From Octopus sinensis (lineage: Eukaryota): a stretch of DNA of 64,000 nucleotides. Shown in pieces: positions 1-12,941 of the stretch. Each line of letters opens with the position of its first letter. Position 1 is the stretch's first letter. The DNA is taken from positions 84,692,001 to 84,756,000 of the forward strand of contig NC_043006.1 in assembly GCF_006345805.1 (NCBI RefSeq). The letters are read 5' to 3'. A program made the position numbers and the translations under genes. The notes beneath the pieces are model-generated. The model saw nothing but the letters and a program-made list of their open reading frames with translations, did no database searches and was not told where the DNA came from.

Positions 1-1190
1 GATGCCACAAAATTTTCTGCCTTTATCAAACGGGAAGGACACCGACAAAATGGACCATTCGAGCTTGAACGTAGTGTTATTGTTCTTCAGACGCCAGACT
101 AATTTGCTTAGCCCCGTGCTGTGTTGCTTTCTCTTATCTCTGAAAGTGGAATAATGGTTGGAGATCCTTTGGGCTAATTTAGAAGAGGTTGCGCCAATGT
201 AGAAGTAGACATCGGTTCCAGAAGAGATTTTGCATTGGTAAGTGGTGTTTCTAATTTTGGAATTTTGGGATAAGAACTTTAATCTGTTGGGGTTGGTTTC
301 CGATACTAAGACAGAGTTTTTATTGTTGTGATAGGTGTAAAAATTGTTGCTGGCTTTGGCCACGATACTATTCATCTTATTATCATTACTATTAGTTGTA
401 ATATCGTCGGCAAATTCCCTGGCTATAGGAATGCTGCGATTGTTATCATCAATAATATAACTGTTATTAAGAATGCTGGTACTATTACCACCACTGTTAA
501 TAATCTGGCTAATGTTATTATCATTATTACTATTGCTAACGCTAATGCTGCTATGAATGTTGCTAATATCCATACTACTTCTATTATTATTATTATTGTA
601 TGTTACGTTGGAATGGGTAAGGGCGGTGTCGCTACTCATGGGTGATGAGACCCTATTTAGCAGCTTATTATTGTGGGAAGCTATTATCTGCAAAAGATTT
701 TTAGTATTTGAGAATGCTATTCTTACTTTATGCGAATTTATAGTGGAGTAGTATTTAGAATTCCTAGGAAAATTCTTAGCAACGGCTTCACGGAATTGTA
801 AAGGGAGATTAGACCTGATTTGTCTCCCGAAAGAAATCACAAACCAGATATAGTTTTTTTTGTTCTTGGAATGGCTGAGAGTGTTGACATTTACATTAAA
901 GGGTATATTTCTGTGTTGTAGAATGGGTTTTGGTTTACGCTGGCCTCCCCTGGTCCGTAAATTATTATTGTAAAATATATTTGTGTCGGCGTTGCTAGAG
1001 CTGAAATCACTATTTATGTTATTTATATTATTATTAGAAGTTATCTTATCTTGATGGGCAGATATTAGTTTAGGATGGGCCGGATCGATATATGATACCT
1101 TATCCCTATAACCGGCCTTTTACAAGGCGGCATTATAAAATTCTGCTTTCTGTTTAAAAATGTCAACATTTGCTGATAACTTTGATAGTC
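1..1190 (-). pseudogene. Penelope-like retroelement ORF fragment (RT thumb, linker, GIY-YIG endonuclease); 5'-truncated and running off the window edge
   Basis: Manual minus-strand translation: LSKLSANVDIFKQKAEFYNAAL*KAGY (stop ~1120), frameshift ~945, then an open frame KKNYIWFV...KNFPRNSKYYSTINSHKVRIAFSNTKNLLQIIASHNNKLL...TTYQCKISSGTDVYFYIGATSSKLAQRISNHYSTF...STGLSKLVWRLK...EWSIL. These are typical PLE thumb and GIY-YIG motifs. Confidence 0.88.
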
Positions 1191-1396
1191 AAATATATAT
1201 AAAGTTAATCCAAACAAGAAAGCACAAAAAAACATAACTACGCGAGGACGTGGAACAAATATAGTATTATTGGACGCTCAGGAAAGAGGGAAGAAGGAGG
1301 GTTTAACGTTTCGAGCGGAGCTCTTCGTCGGAAACATAGGAGAAGGAAAGATCCAGAGAAGGGAAGACAGAGGAAAAAATCGCCAACGGTACACAC

Positions 1397-1400
<4 letters not shown>
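1191..1400 (-). mobile_element. Penelope pseudo-LTR-like repeat carrying a minimal hammerhead motif
   Basis: Abuts the PLE ORF in the same orientation; a second copy lies at 37730-37935 (+). Confidence 0.7.
1301..1335 (-). ncRNA. Minimal type I hammerhead-like motif (U4C core variant)
   Basis: Minus strand reads GUUU CCGACGA A GAGC UCC GCUC GAAA CG UU AAAC: helix I GUUU/AAAC, helix II GAGC/GCUC, palindromic helix III (ACGU). Confidence 0.65.
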
Positions 1401-1439
<39 letters not shown>

Positions 1440-1507
1440 TTTTATTTATGCATTGGTTTATGTCTATCACTGTTTGAGTTGCATAATAGTGGTTTTATCT
1501 CTAATTC

Positions 1508-1571
<64 letters not shown>

Positions 1572-1576
1572 TATAT

Positions 1577-1630
<54 letters not shown>

Positions 1631-1767
1631 GGCGTAGGAGTGGCTGTGTGGTAAGTAGCTGGCTTACGAACCACGTGGTTCCGGGTTCAGTCCCACTTCT
1701 ACTATAGCCTCTGGCCGACCAAAGCCTTTATGAGTGGATTTGATAGACGGAAACTGAAAGAAGTCCG

Positions 1768-1799
<32 letters not shown>

Positions 1800-2034
1800 T
1801 GTATGTATGTATGTGCGTGTGTATGTGTGTATACGTATGTGTGTCTGTGTTTGTCCCCCCAACATCGCTTGACAACCGATGCTGGTGTGTTTACGTCCCG
1901 TAACTTATCGGTTCGGCAAAACAGACCGATAGAATAAGTACTAGGCTTCCAGACAATAAGTCCTGGGGTCGACTTGCTCGACTAAAGGCGGTGCTCCAGC
2001 ATGATCACAGACAAATGACTGAAACAAGTAAAAG
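1631..2034 (+). mobile_element. tRNA-derived SINE family A
   Basis: A/B-box-like head ggcgtaggagtggctgtgtggtaag...ggttcagtccc, internal (GTAT)n, tail ...gactgaaacaagtaaaag; more than 10 copies in the window. Confidence 0.85.
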
Positions 2035-2059
2035 CGATATATATATATAATTCCAATTC

Positions 2060-2225
2060 TCAGAAAACGAAAGACAAAGACAGGTGAAAGACCCAGGTGT
2101 ATTAGTTTAACGATCGGGAAGAATGGAAAATTTTTTTACGTTTCGAGCCAACGCTCGTCGACAGATGGGAATAAGAGAAACGAAACCAACAACGGAGAGA
2201 GAAAAAATGTGTAGGGCTTAACGTT
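2060..2225 (-). mobile_element. PLE-derived short repeat with hammerhead-like motif (CUGUCGA core)
   Basis: Minus strand ctgtcga c gagc gttg gctc gaaa cgta; homologous copy at ~60320-60505. Confidence 0.5.
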
Positions 2226-2239
2226 TATATTGATATGTG

Positions 2240-2322
<83 letters not shown>

Positions 2323-2364
2323 AAGGGAGACAGAGAGATGGCGGGAGAGACGGATTTTTTTATT

Positions 2365-2762
2365 CTTTTACTTCTTTTAGTCATTTCACTGCGGCCAAGC
2401 TCTGAGCACCGACGTGAAGGGGTTTCAGTCGAACAAATCCACCCCAGGACTTGTTCTATCGGATCTCTTTTGCCGAACGCTACGTTATGGGAAAGTAAAC
2501 ACACCAGCACTGGTAGTCAATCGGTGATGGGGGGACAAACACAAACACATAGACATACACACATAAATACACACACACACACACACACGCACATACATAT
2601 ATATATATACGACAGGTTTCTTTCAGTTTCCGTCTACCAAACCCACTCACAAGGATTTGGTCGGCCCGAGGCTATAGTAGAAGACACTTGCCCAAGGTGC
2701 CATGCAGTGGGACTGAACCCGGAATAATGTGGCTGTTAAGCAAGCTACTTACCACAGAGCCA
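2365..2762 (-). mobile_element. SINE family A
   Basis: Reverse-complement similarity to 1631-2034. Confidence 0.85.
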
Positions 2763-3041
2763 AGAACAATTATTCTTATACTTCCAGATGATCGTATTTC
2801 GCAATTAGCCACACACATTATATATTTGGTCTTTACTTCAGTTTTATTATCATTGTTCTTATTTTAATGCCCTTTCTCTGAAATTTTTTCTCACACACCA
2901 TGTGACCGCTTGAAAGATTTTCCATGCCACGTGTCTCGTCCTGTTCTGTTTAGTCCATTCTATGTGCAAGCAGGCATTGTAAGTACATACAGTATATGTA
3001 TACATACGCGTGTATGTGTGTGTGTGGTGTGTGCGCGTGAG

Positions 3042-3098
<57 letters not shown>

Positions 3099-3239
3099 AT
3101 TAATATTTACATATATGTATATAAATATATGTATACATCATTGACCAACAAGCACACATACATGTATGTGTGCATATATACATAGCTATGTTTGTGTATA
3201 TAGACATACATACATATACATCCAGACACTGACACACAC

Positions 3240-3295
<56 letters not shown>

Positions 3296-3451
3296 TATAT
3301 ATTATATATATATATATAATTTACAATATAAGGGCAAAAAAAATTCTAATGCCAAATATGCCGAAAAAAAGACAAAAATTGTCAATAACCATTATAATTT
3401 ATGCGTCTCGAAACAAACCGATAGACATTTCTAGAAAATCCGTTATTACCG

Positions 3452-3500
3452 TATTGGTCCCAATTTCGGGGTTAATTCATAAGATTTTTCCCCTCTTCAA
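3452..3500 (-). ncRNA. Degenerate hammerhead-like motif
   Basis: Minus strand UUGAAGA GGGG...CCCC GAAA UUGG GA CCAA UA. Helices II and III are intact; C3 and helix I are lost. Confidence 0.45.
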
Positions 3501-3850
3501 AATAGAAAATCTTCGACACATCTCGATATATGTGTATATATATATAAAGTACTGGCAGAGACACCTGGTGTTTCTCGGGATTGATTTATATATATGTATA
3601 TATATATACATATATATTATATATGTATATATATATATATACATATACATATACATACATATATATATATACATATATATACATATATATATATTACATA
3701 TATATATATATACACACATGTATATATATACATATATGTATATATATATATATATGCATATATATACATAAATATATATATATATACACATACATATATA
3801 TACATATATACATATGTATATGAATATTATATATATACATATATATATAC

Positions 3851-3897
<47 letters not shown>

Positions 3898-4157
3898 TGC
3901 ATCATATATACTTATATACATATATATATATGTATACATCTATATATACATATACATATATACATACATATAAAAACTTAGATATGTTTCGATCAAAGAT
4001 TGGTCCAGGCCATGTCTAACTTAATAGCGCCACCTGATAGGATTATCTAAGTCCTGTTTAAGACAAGATGATGGTGGTGATGATGATGATGACGATGATG
4101 ATATAGGGACCACCAAGTTTAGCCTATACGTGTAAAATATACAAATAAATAAAGTAG

Positions 4158-4245
4158 GTCACTGCCTGGAATCGAACTTGAAATCTTGGTGTTAAGAACG
4201 CGGGCTTCTAACCCCAAGATTCCGTGTTCGATTCCAGGCAGTGAC
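4158..4245. repeat. Fold-back inverted repeat of a tRNA-like 3' half
   Basis: gtcactgcctggaatcgaac ... gttcgattccaggcagtgac, with inner arms aatcttgg/ccaagatt. Confidence 0.8.
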
Positions 4246-4304
4246 TTGAATAATAATAATAATAATAATAATGATGATGATGATGATGATGAAGATGATA
4301 ACAA

Positions 4305-4779
4305 TAATCTTGGTATAAAAGATGGGCTACAGCAAATATTTTGCTCAATACCACAGATTTGCTTGTCAGTTGTTTGACCTCAACCAGCTGAGCATGTCCC
4401 TTAGTGTCTGACGATATGTGCATCTCTGATCACGAGCAGACGTAGTGGGGGAGCATCATAGCCATGTGTTGAGAGGGATTCTTTGGGGTTTGAATAATTC
4501 ACCTCTGGAAACATGGGTGTTTCGTTCAAAATCCTTAAACAACCCTTATTCAGGGACCTTTTGAGCGGAATGGGTTACTCGACCAGAAGAAAATTCTAAC
4601 TGGGCCCCACCTGCAAGGTCATGTGCTGTTTATCCAGATATGAAATCACCATGTCGCGCACATATGGTTGTAATGCATGTGCCTAGTGTACCCTTATCAG
4701 ACAGGTAGTCATGATGGGTATACTGGGCTTCGTATATTTTACCCGTGTCACTTTGATGGCATGCACTGCTCTCTCACTC

Positions 4780-4780
<1 letters not shown>
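4305..4780 (+). mobile_element. Interspersed repeat ending in (AAT)n (probable retroelement 3' region)
   Basis: Homologous copies at ~42440-43005 (+), ~41880-42030 (+) and ~47950-48180 (-); all end ...ctctctcactc followed by (AAT)n. Confidence 0.75.
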
Positions 4781-4812
<32 letters not shown>

Positions 4813-5004
4813 GAGAAGAGCAGTATCGCTGTGAAAACAACATCCATCCATGAATTCATTTATTTATTAATTTTTAAATACATATTTTATCTGTGAATTT
4901 GCGTGTGTAATCTGGGAATGCATACAATGAGCTTCTCTACCCTAGGTGTATGGAAAACACTCGGCGAGAAACGGAAGAAAATTTGAAGAAAGAAGGAAAA
5001 AACA

Positions 5005-5051
<47 letters not shown>

Positions 5052-5372
5052 TCGAAAAATAAAGTAGAGTTCTTTATGTTCGTATCTGAATGTCGCGGAG
5101 GCACACAAATGAACAAACGTGCACAGTGTAATGTGATGAATATTTTGAAAAATAGACGAATACAGTAAGCTTAGCTGACGATCCTTAAGTACTAAGGTAC
5201 AAATGGTAAAATTTCTTAAGAGAGGAAAATTTGTGGTTTTGGAGTGTTAATTCCTCTTTCCAACAAGTGGTATTCCGGTATCCTACTTTATATACATATA
5301 CATACATACATATATATATATATTATAATAATAATAATAAAGATAATAATGATAATAATAATAATGATGATG

Positions 5373-5423
<51 letters not shown>

Positions 5424-5539
5424 TGAGGGAATACTATTCCAAACTTACATGGAAAAATTCAATTTAGAAATACTAAATCAAATTTCACCAAATATAATAT
5501 ATATAATATATATATATATTATATATATATATATATATA

Positions 5540-5805
5540 TCACGTGATCACGTGACCGACCAGTCCATCAGATGTAGTTACACATCGCTGGTCACAATGC
5601 GTTCGCATTGTTTTAGCCTTCGAACGACACCACCCCGCTGGCTAAGCGAGCAGGCCAACAGAGGAAAGAGTGTGAGAAAGAGTGGTGAAAGAGTACAGCA
5701 GGGATCACCACCCCCTGCCGGAGCCTCTTGGAGCTTTTAGGTGTTTTCGCTCAATAAACACTCACAACGCCCGGTCTGGGAATCGAAACCGCGATCCTAC
5801 GACCG
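5540..5805 (-). mobile_element. tRNA-derived SINE family D
   Basis: Minus strand ggtcgtaggatcgcggtttcgattcccagaccgggcgttgtg, shared with 43965 and 48694. Confidence 0.75.
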
Positions 5806-6048
5806 GTAATGTGGTACGATCGTTTCACGCTACATTATTTTATTAAATATTGTAAGTATTACAACAGTTTTAAAATGATGAGCAATCATCAGTCATTTAG
5901 AGAGATTTCTTATTATAATCACCCCATGGATTTATATGGATAACACCTTACAAAATTCTGGTGCATCTAACTTAAGTACCGTATTCATTTGAATCTAAAT
6001 TTTGCTGAACTTATATATATTATATATATATATATATTATATATATAT

Positions 6049-6121
<73 letters not shown>

Positions 6122-6442
6122 TATACACACACAGAGTGTGAGAGAGACGCACTATATATGCATATATATATTTAAACAAACATATATATATGCGTGTGTG
6201 TATGTATACACACACTCCCTCACTCTCTAACAGATGTACATAGACACATACATGTACAGGCATATGCGCATACATATAAATATACATACATACTCAAATG
6301 CATGCGCAGGTATATGTATACATACTTCTGCTCTTATACTCGTTTCAGTCACAAGACTAGCGGTTCGGCAAAAGTGATCCGATGGAATAAGTACCGAACT
6401 TAAAATCCGATGGAAACATGTCGTAGTAAGAGTGATAATTTT

Positions 6443-6474
6443 GAACATGTTTTTGTCTAATAAGACTTCATCAG
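6443..6474 (-). ncRNA. Degenerate hammerhead-like motif
   Basis: Minus strand CUGAUGA A GUCU UAUU AGAC aAAA ACAUGU UC. G12 is lost (CpG-type change), helix III is palindromic and helix I is poor. Confidence 0.4.
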
Positions 6475-6647
6475 CGAGGCATTGTCTGGCACGTTCTTGC
6501 CGGGTCATAAGTAAATCGTTCTTTTCTGCAGACAAGGTTTGGGCCGTTAACCAAACAGTTTAAGCTGCTAAGGCACGCTTTCAAACCATTTTTCTTCCTA
6601 CAGTTCGAAATTGTCAGACAAATGATATTGTTAAAAGTAAAGGTAGA

Positions 6648-6691
<44 letters not shown>

Positions 6692-6887
6692 GTGATGATG
6701 ATGATAATGATGATGATGATCATGATGATCATGATGATGAAAATGACGATAATAATAATAAAAGGTAAATTTCCTTGGAAACAGCTATTTTTCGCCTTTT
6801 TTTTCTTGGCTTCAGAAATTGGCAATCTCTTAGTTATATAAGGTTAGCTAAAATGTCAAAGACGTTAGGAACTGCTGGTAACATTGC

Positions 6888-6956
<69 letters not shown>

Positions 6957-7456
6957 CATCAGACTTGCGAAATGATTTGAGTTGAAGCAATAGTTGGATG
7001 AATCTCCAAAATATGGCCATCTGAATTATTATCATTATTATTATTATTATTATATTATTATTATTATTATTATTATTATTGGTTGCTGATGTTGTTTTAT
7101 TATTAATATAATATAACGGTGAGTAATCGAACTAATTTCATCGTTCGTGTTTTAATGTTCAATTTCCTATTGATGGTTAACGTCTATTAAATTGTATTTG
7201 TGTGTGTGTGTGTATGTGTGTGTGTATAAACGTGTATTATATATATGTAAGTGTGTGTATAGAAAGCGTAGACGTTATATGCACATACGTGTATATGTGT
7301 ATATGTATATACACACGTATACTATATTCAAATACATGTGTGCATATATATTACATATATGAATATATATATATTAAATGAATATAGACATATAAAATAT
7401 TACATGTATATGTATACGCATACATGCTGTATGCATAATACGTGTGTGCACCTGTA

Positions 7457-7509
<53 letters not shown>

Positions 7510-7530
7510 TTGTGTGTGTGTATACATACA

Positions 7531-7631
<101 letters not shown>

Positions 7632-7832
7632 ATATATATATATATACCCATACATGCATATATAGCTATATATTCATTATATATGCATTAAACATTATAT
7701 TTTGGATAATGGAAATTTATATTTGTCCAATGTATTCAATTACATATATAGCACATTTCCATATATATATATATAATATATATATATATGTCCATAAATA
7801 CATATATATATAATATATATATATATCCATCG

Positions 7833-7899
<67 letters not shown>

Positions 7900-8177
7900 T
7901 ATTATATATATTATATATATATATATATGTATATTGTGTGTGTGTGTATTTTGGGAAACTGATGATAAGAATTTGTCTTACACCGCGAGCGTCACGCCAC
8001 TGCGACCATCAGGAGAAACAGTGGCGTGTAACACGAGGCTCAAGACAAACTCTGTTTCAGTTTTAATGAAGACTATATCCTCCACAACATGTATTGCAAC
8101 TACTTTCTCATTCGTCTGACATTATGCAACTTACATACATACAGACAGACAGACAGACAGGTATACTGGCATACATA

Positions 8178-8512
8178 GTTAAAGCTGACGATCGATGAAA
8201 AAGGCAATACCTACGCTGAAATATTGAGAAATCTGCAGTTATCCAGATTACGAGTTCAAGTTTATATCTGTAATTATTGAAGCACTAGGATATGTAACAC
8301 ACCGCTCTAAATATCAATCTTGAGAAATTAGGCTTCTCAACACCAGAAAGGAGAAAGCTAATTCAAAGACTACAGATTCTAGCTACCACTGAAACTGTAA
8401 AAATCTGCAAAACCTTCCAGAAGTTTACCATTTAAATATATATGAGCATGTCTAGATATGTAGCTATATGCATGAGAATACGTACATAAATCAAAACATA
8501 CGAATCTGCACA
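8178..8512 (+). mobile_element. 3' end of an RLE-type non-LTR retrotransposon embedded in (TACA)n
   Basis: Decayed translation ...EKGNTYAEILRNLQL..PDYEFKFISVIIEALGYV...LEKLGFSTPERRKLIQRLQILATTETVKICKTFQKFTI*; second copy at 20656-20845. Confidence 0.7.
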
Positions 8513-8562
8513 TATACATACATACATACATACATACATACATACATACATACATACATACA

Positions 8563-8593
<31 letters not shown>

Positions 8594-8934
8594 TTAATAA
8601 CGACTCTTTGCAACTTCAAGTTTTTTGGGGTTCTTAAAACAAGCCTAACTCTTCAGGCATAGATAACCGAATCAGCTGCATGGAGTTGAATCAAACTGTT
8701 AAGTAATATATATAACTCTTAATCGATATGTTGTGCCACTATTTTCGTTCGACCGGTCAATCGCATATGTGTGTGTATGTGTGTGTGCATGAATGTATGT
8801 ACGTATGTATATATATATATGTGTGTGTGTGTGTGTATATACATACTTATATATGTATATATATATATATATATATTATATACATATATATATACACACA
8901 TATATATACTACATATATATACACGTACTACATA

Positions 8935-9030
8935 TATACACGTACACCAACATGTGACAAGTACATATATATACATGTACACAACATGTGACAAGTACAT
9001 ATATATACATGTACACAACATGTGACATAT
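8935..9030. repeat. 34-bp tandem repeat (~2.7 copies)
   Basis: catgtgacaagtacatatatatacatgtacacaa is repeated. Confidence 0.85.
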
Positions 9031-9515
9031 ATACAACTGGTTACCGTAGCCTTGTGAACTGAATGTTTCTTCTTAGCAGTAACAGTTCAGTTACTTTTAG
9101 CGGCTTAGGCAATCAGATCGCACAAGTCTTCTTTATGTTTACATTGACTTACCACTAACATTCGTTTGTGAACTTTGAAACACGACAATAAACAAATTTC
9201 TATACAATCTCATGGCTTGGATCTGACACACCTTAACTTGGCGCTCCTGTGTACAAAGTCGTCAACATGCTTGATTGAACTGTAAACAATAACACAATTC
9301 CTAGAACAAACCAAACAAAATCTTTCAACTACATCCTTCTATTGACACTGATCCTACAAACATACTTTCCCCTATCATTTTCTATCTCTTTTCCTATATT
9401 TCTGCTTGCCCGGCGTACATACACCAAACCTAATTATCATTTCACATAGCTCCACCTATCCCAGAACAAGAACTTATCAACGACTATATATAGATAAGAG
9501 AAGCCCCGGCGTAGT

Positions 9516-9559
9516 ACAGTCTGACGAAGGTTAGCAGGCCTAATTTTCGAAGTCACTGT
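9516..9559 (+). ncRNA. Damaged hammerhead-like motif
   Basis: ACAGU CUGACGA aggttagcaggcctaa [GAAAC lost] uucgaaGUC ACUGU: 5-bp helix I and a GUC triplet. Confidence 0.5.
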
Positions 9560-9607
9560 CAATCTTCTTGTAAAACTTGAATGTGTTATATATATATATA
9601 TATAGAT

Positions 9608-9695
<88 letters not shown>

Positions 9696-10106
9696 GATTG
9701 ACTCCCAAATGGGAATTTTACTCATTATGCAATGAACGATATACAGCTGTGAATATGGAAAGCAATGAATAAAAAAGAAATCAATTGTATTTATTGACCA
9801 GTAAGCTTTAAAAGACATTCAATCAGTGAGACCTATTATTTATACATATTGTCCCATTATACTCCGCTGCAAAACTACACAACAAAAAAATGTTATGATA
9901 AAAAGTATCATTGCTATTTGTTTTAATGGCTTCAGAAAAGCCAGCACAGTATAGACAAGGTTTCGTATTCGTCATGCAAACAGTTTTAGCTAAAACATTT
10001 ACAGTAAGGCATTTTGTCCGTCTCGTTACTGGTTTCTTAAACATGTTGCACAAATAAAACATAGGTTATATATCTGAGAAAGATATGGTTATGTGGTTGC
10101 CTGATT

Positions 10107-10500
10107 GTATGGTGAAGATATCTGGTAGGCGTGGTTGTATGGTAAGAAGCTTGCTTCCCAACCATATAGTTCCGAGTTCAGTCCCACTGCGTGGCACTTT
10201 ATGCTTACATTGGGGCCTTAATTTATCACCAGTTGTTGAATACTGGTTCATCTCCTTCTCGATCTCTTGCCTGTTACAGGCATTGAGAATACAGTCAATG
10301 GCCAAGAGAAACGTGCAAATGAAATCTTCTTTCACTCCAGTGGCCACAGGAAGACGGCAGCCATTTTGTCCAACGTCTTCTGCCACACAGAGATCAACAA
10401 AATAAGTACCAGATTTGAAAAAAGTACTGAGGCGATTCACTCGACTAAAACTTTTGAATGGCCGTAGTCTAATGAGCGAAAAAAATAAAAGGTAAAAGAT
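10107..10500 (+). mobile_element. SINE A head and tail with an antisense RTE-like RT fragment (~10230-10390) in between
   Basis: Head 10107-10200, tail from ~10400. Minus-strand peptide LPVATGVKEDFICTFLLAIDCIL resembles the RT motif TGVRQG..LFLLAID. Confidence 0.5.
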
Positions 10501-12204
10501 AAAAAGATGTGATCATGTGGTCCTGGATACGACACCACCTTATTACACTCCAGGTAAATGTCATCTGCCATGTGTTTTGAGTGTAGCTTTAGTAGATGGA
10601 AAAATGTGGACACCTCATAAAGGATAAGATGCGCATGCACGTGCATCAAACAAACACATGTTGAATACATATATTTATATATGTTGGTATGCACAAAAGT
10701 TCTTGCATAATGTAATTTATTTATGGTGAACGCAAATTGTTAGAAAAATCATTGCATGGGAAATAGCAATTAAGATGTGTATCTATTTAGAAGTCTTGCA
10801 TATCTTCGCGGAATCTCGTGTATTCTCATCCGAAACGGAAATGATTACTAGCATTTAAAATGGATCGCTTAAAGATTGTGGAAATTCTTTCCACATGAAA
10901 CCATTGATAGTGTTGTTAATTCACTACATATATATATATATATATATACATATATTTCTATATACACTTGGAAATAGATGCGTGGCTTTCGATCATATAA
11001 TAATATAAATAATATATAAATATATGCATATATACATACAGATATGTACATACCTACATATATATGTATATATACATGCATATATGGGTACAGTATATAA
11101 AAAAACGTAGGCAAAATGAGAAACAAGAACATAAAAAACAAAAACATAGAAAACGAACTTTATTCGAAAAACGAAAGGAATATACAAAATGACGTATATG
11201 TTGAGGCGGAAATTGGAAATACAAAAGACATTTAAATCAGCTAAAAAATAGATGTATGGAAAAGAGAAAAAAGATACCCACAGAAGTGTTCTACGACACC
11301 TTTGATGTTTCAGTACCACAAGAAGTCGAACCTAGGTATAGCAGCACAAGAAAAAAGAAACAAAGAGAACGGTTGGAAGTAGTGCCTAAACGGAGACAAT
11401 ATTAAACTTCCCTAGGAAATAAACCTCAAAGAGGAAGATATTGTGGCGAAAGTCATTGACACTCCTATGGGATTGGAAGAATGGACTAGCCGAACTCATG
11501 TAAAGAATAGCGTATTGATTGAGACGACAGAAATCGTATGAGTCGTTCAGAGTTCGTGGAGGTCGTTGGGAGTTTGTATTTATTGGAGTATCGTGTTTAG
11601 TGGAGTAATTTGAAGTACGTCGCGTGAAGACAGCTGCATCTTCCCCCGCTTCGCGAAATCTGTTTAGCCAACGTAAAGGATATAAAAGTATGTAAGTATG
11701 AAAAAAATAAGGATAACTCAACAGAAGTTTATTGGTCGATGTGGACCCCATTGGTTGCACGCAGGCTTCTAAGTTATCCTTTCTTTCTGGATTTTTCAAA
11801 TTGTAAAGACAATTAATTTATGGACACCCTGTATATATGTATATGTATAGACATATAACTGGCCCTCCGTCGGTTACGATGATGACAGTTCCAGTTGACC
11901 CAATCAACAAAACAGCTGCTCGTGAAATTAACGTGCAAATGGCTGAGCACTCCGCAGATAGAAGGACCCTTAACGTAGTTCTCAGGGCTCTTTGAATTAC
12001 AGGCACAACACATTTTTGTCAGCTGAGTAGACTGGAACAACGTGAAATAAAGTGTCTTTAGCCTCATAGACGTCCGCGAGGCTAAAGTCTTTGTGGATGC
12101 GAAACCATTGGTCACTCTATGACCGGACATAATTTAATTGCTTTTAATACATTTTTGGTCTATGCTTTAGAGTGTATTTTTTTCGGATGTGACTAATTGA
12201 CGAT

Positions 12205-12594
12205 ACATGTGTCCCCGCTACCGAAACGGTAATTATTTCTACGCCAGCTATGTTGTTGTTGTTGTTTTTGTCTCATTTGGTCTAAAGTCGTATGACAACC
12301 ACCGTTATATATATTTTGTTTATTCATTACTGTTTTCAATTTCGTTTTCGTCTCTTGTATTCACATCCGTCTTGTGCGTTCACATTCCTGTCTTCTACCA
12401 AGAAATCTAATGCTTACAGCTTAGTTTTTTTTCTTGGGGCTGGCCGAGTTGGAGCAAATATCAGAATTGAACAGCCGAAATTTGCTATGATGATTCGGTG
12501 TCTGACTGAAGATTGAAGGCTTCGAATGATTTGTCTGTGTTCCGTGTTCGTCCCTTCCTGTATTTCACGTTCATTATATATAAAAACATTCATT
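12205..12594. repeat. Direct repeat copy 1 (~390 bp) of a partial tandem unit
   Basis: Near-identical to 14663-15027 apart from a (GTT)n-containing insertion, one substitution and a T-run length difference. Confidence 0.95.
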
Positions 12595-12941
12595 CTTATA
12601 TTATTGCGGCGTTACGTGCACCCCCCCCCCGTTTGTTTGTCCAATTTTAAACCCTGCACGACTTCTATACACACTGTCTTTCCTACCCGCCATTGCTTCT
12701 TCACCAAACTTTTTGGCGCCCTCCGATTCTTCCCCTCTCTTCCTCCCATCCTCCTCCCCTCTTCCTCCCATCCTCCTTAATCCCTTCTTTCTCCTTTTCT
12801 CTTGGTCACTGATTCTGCCCCCTGCCTTCCACCCTCTTTGATTCCCTCTCTCTCTCTGTCTCTCTTTCTCTCTCTCCTGCGACCTGCTGCTTCTTAAACC
12901 ATTCTGTTGGCCTTCGTATCTCGACCAACATGTGTCCCCGC

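Noticed and set aside
328-751. Plus-strand ORFs of 105 and 64 aa
   Set aside because: They are antisense shadows of the Penelope ORF.
2910-4019. Overlapping YI/HT-rich ORFs (also ~7340-7810, 26240-27620, 63530-63980)
   Set aside because: These are (AT)n/(AC)n/(ATAC)n microsatellite read-throughs.
10280-10467. Plus-strand exon after a pyrimidine-rich acceptor
   Set aside because: It lies inside a SINE and is better explained as an antisense RT remnant.
12470-12540. Hammerhead in the direct repeat (GAAA...CUGAAGA)
   Set aside because: The helices could not be paired convincingly in any topology.
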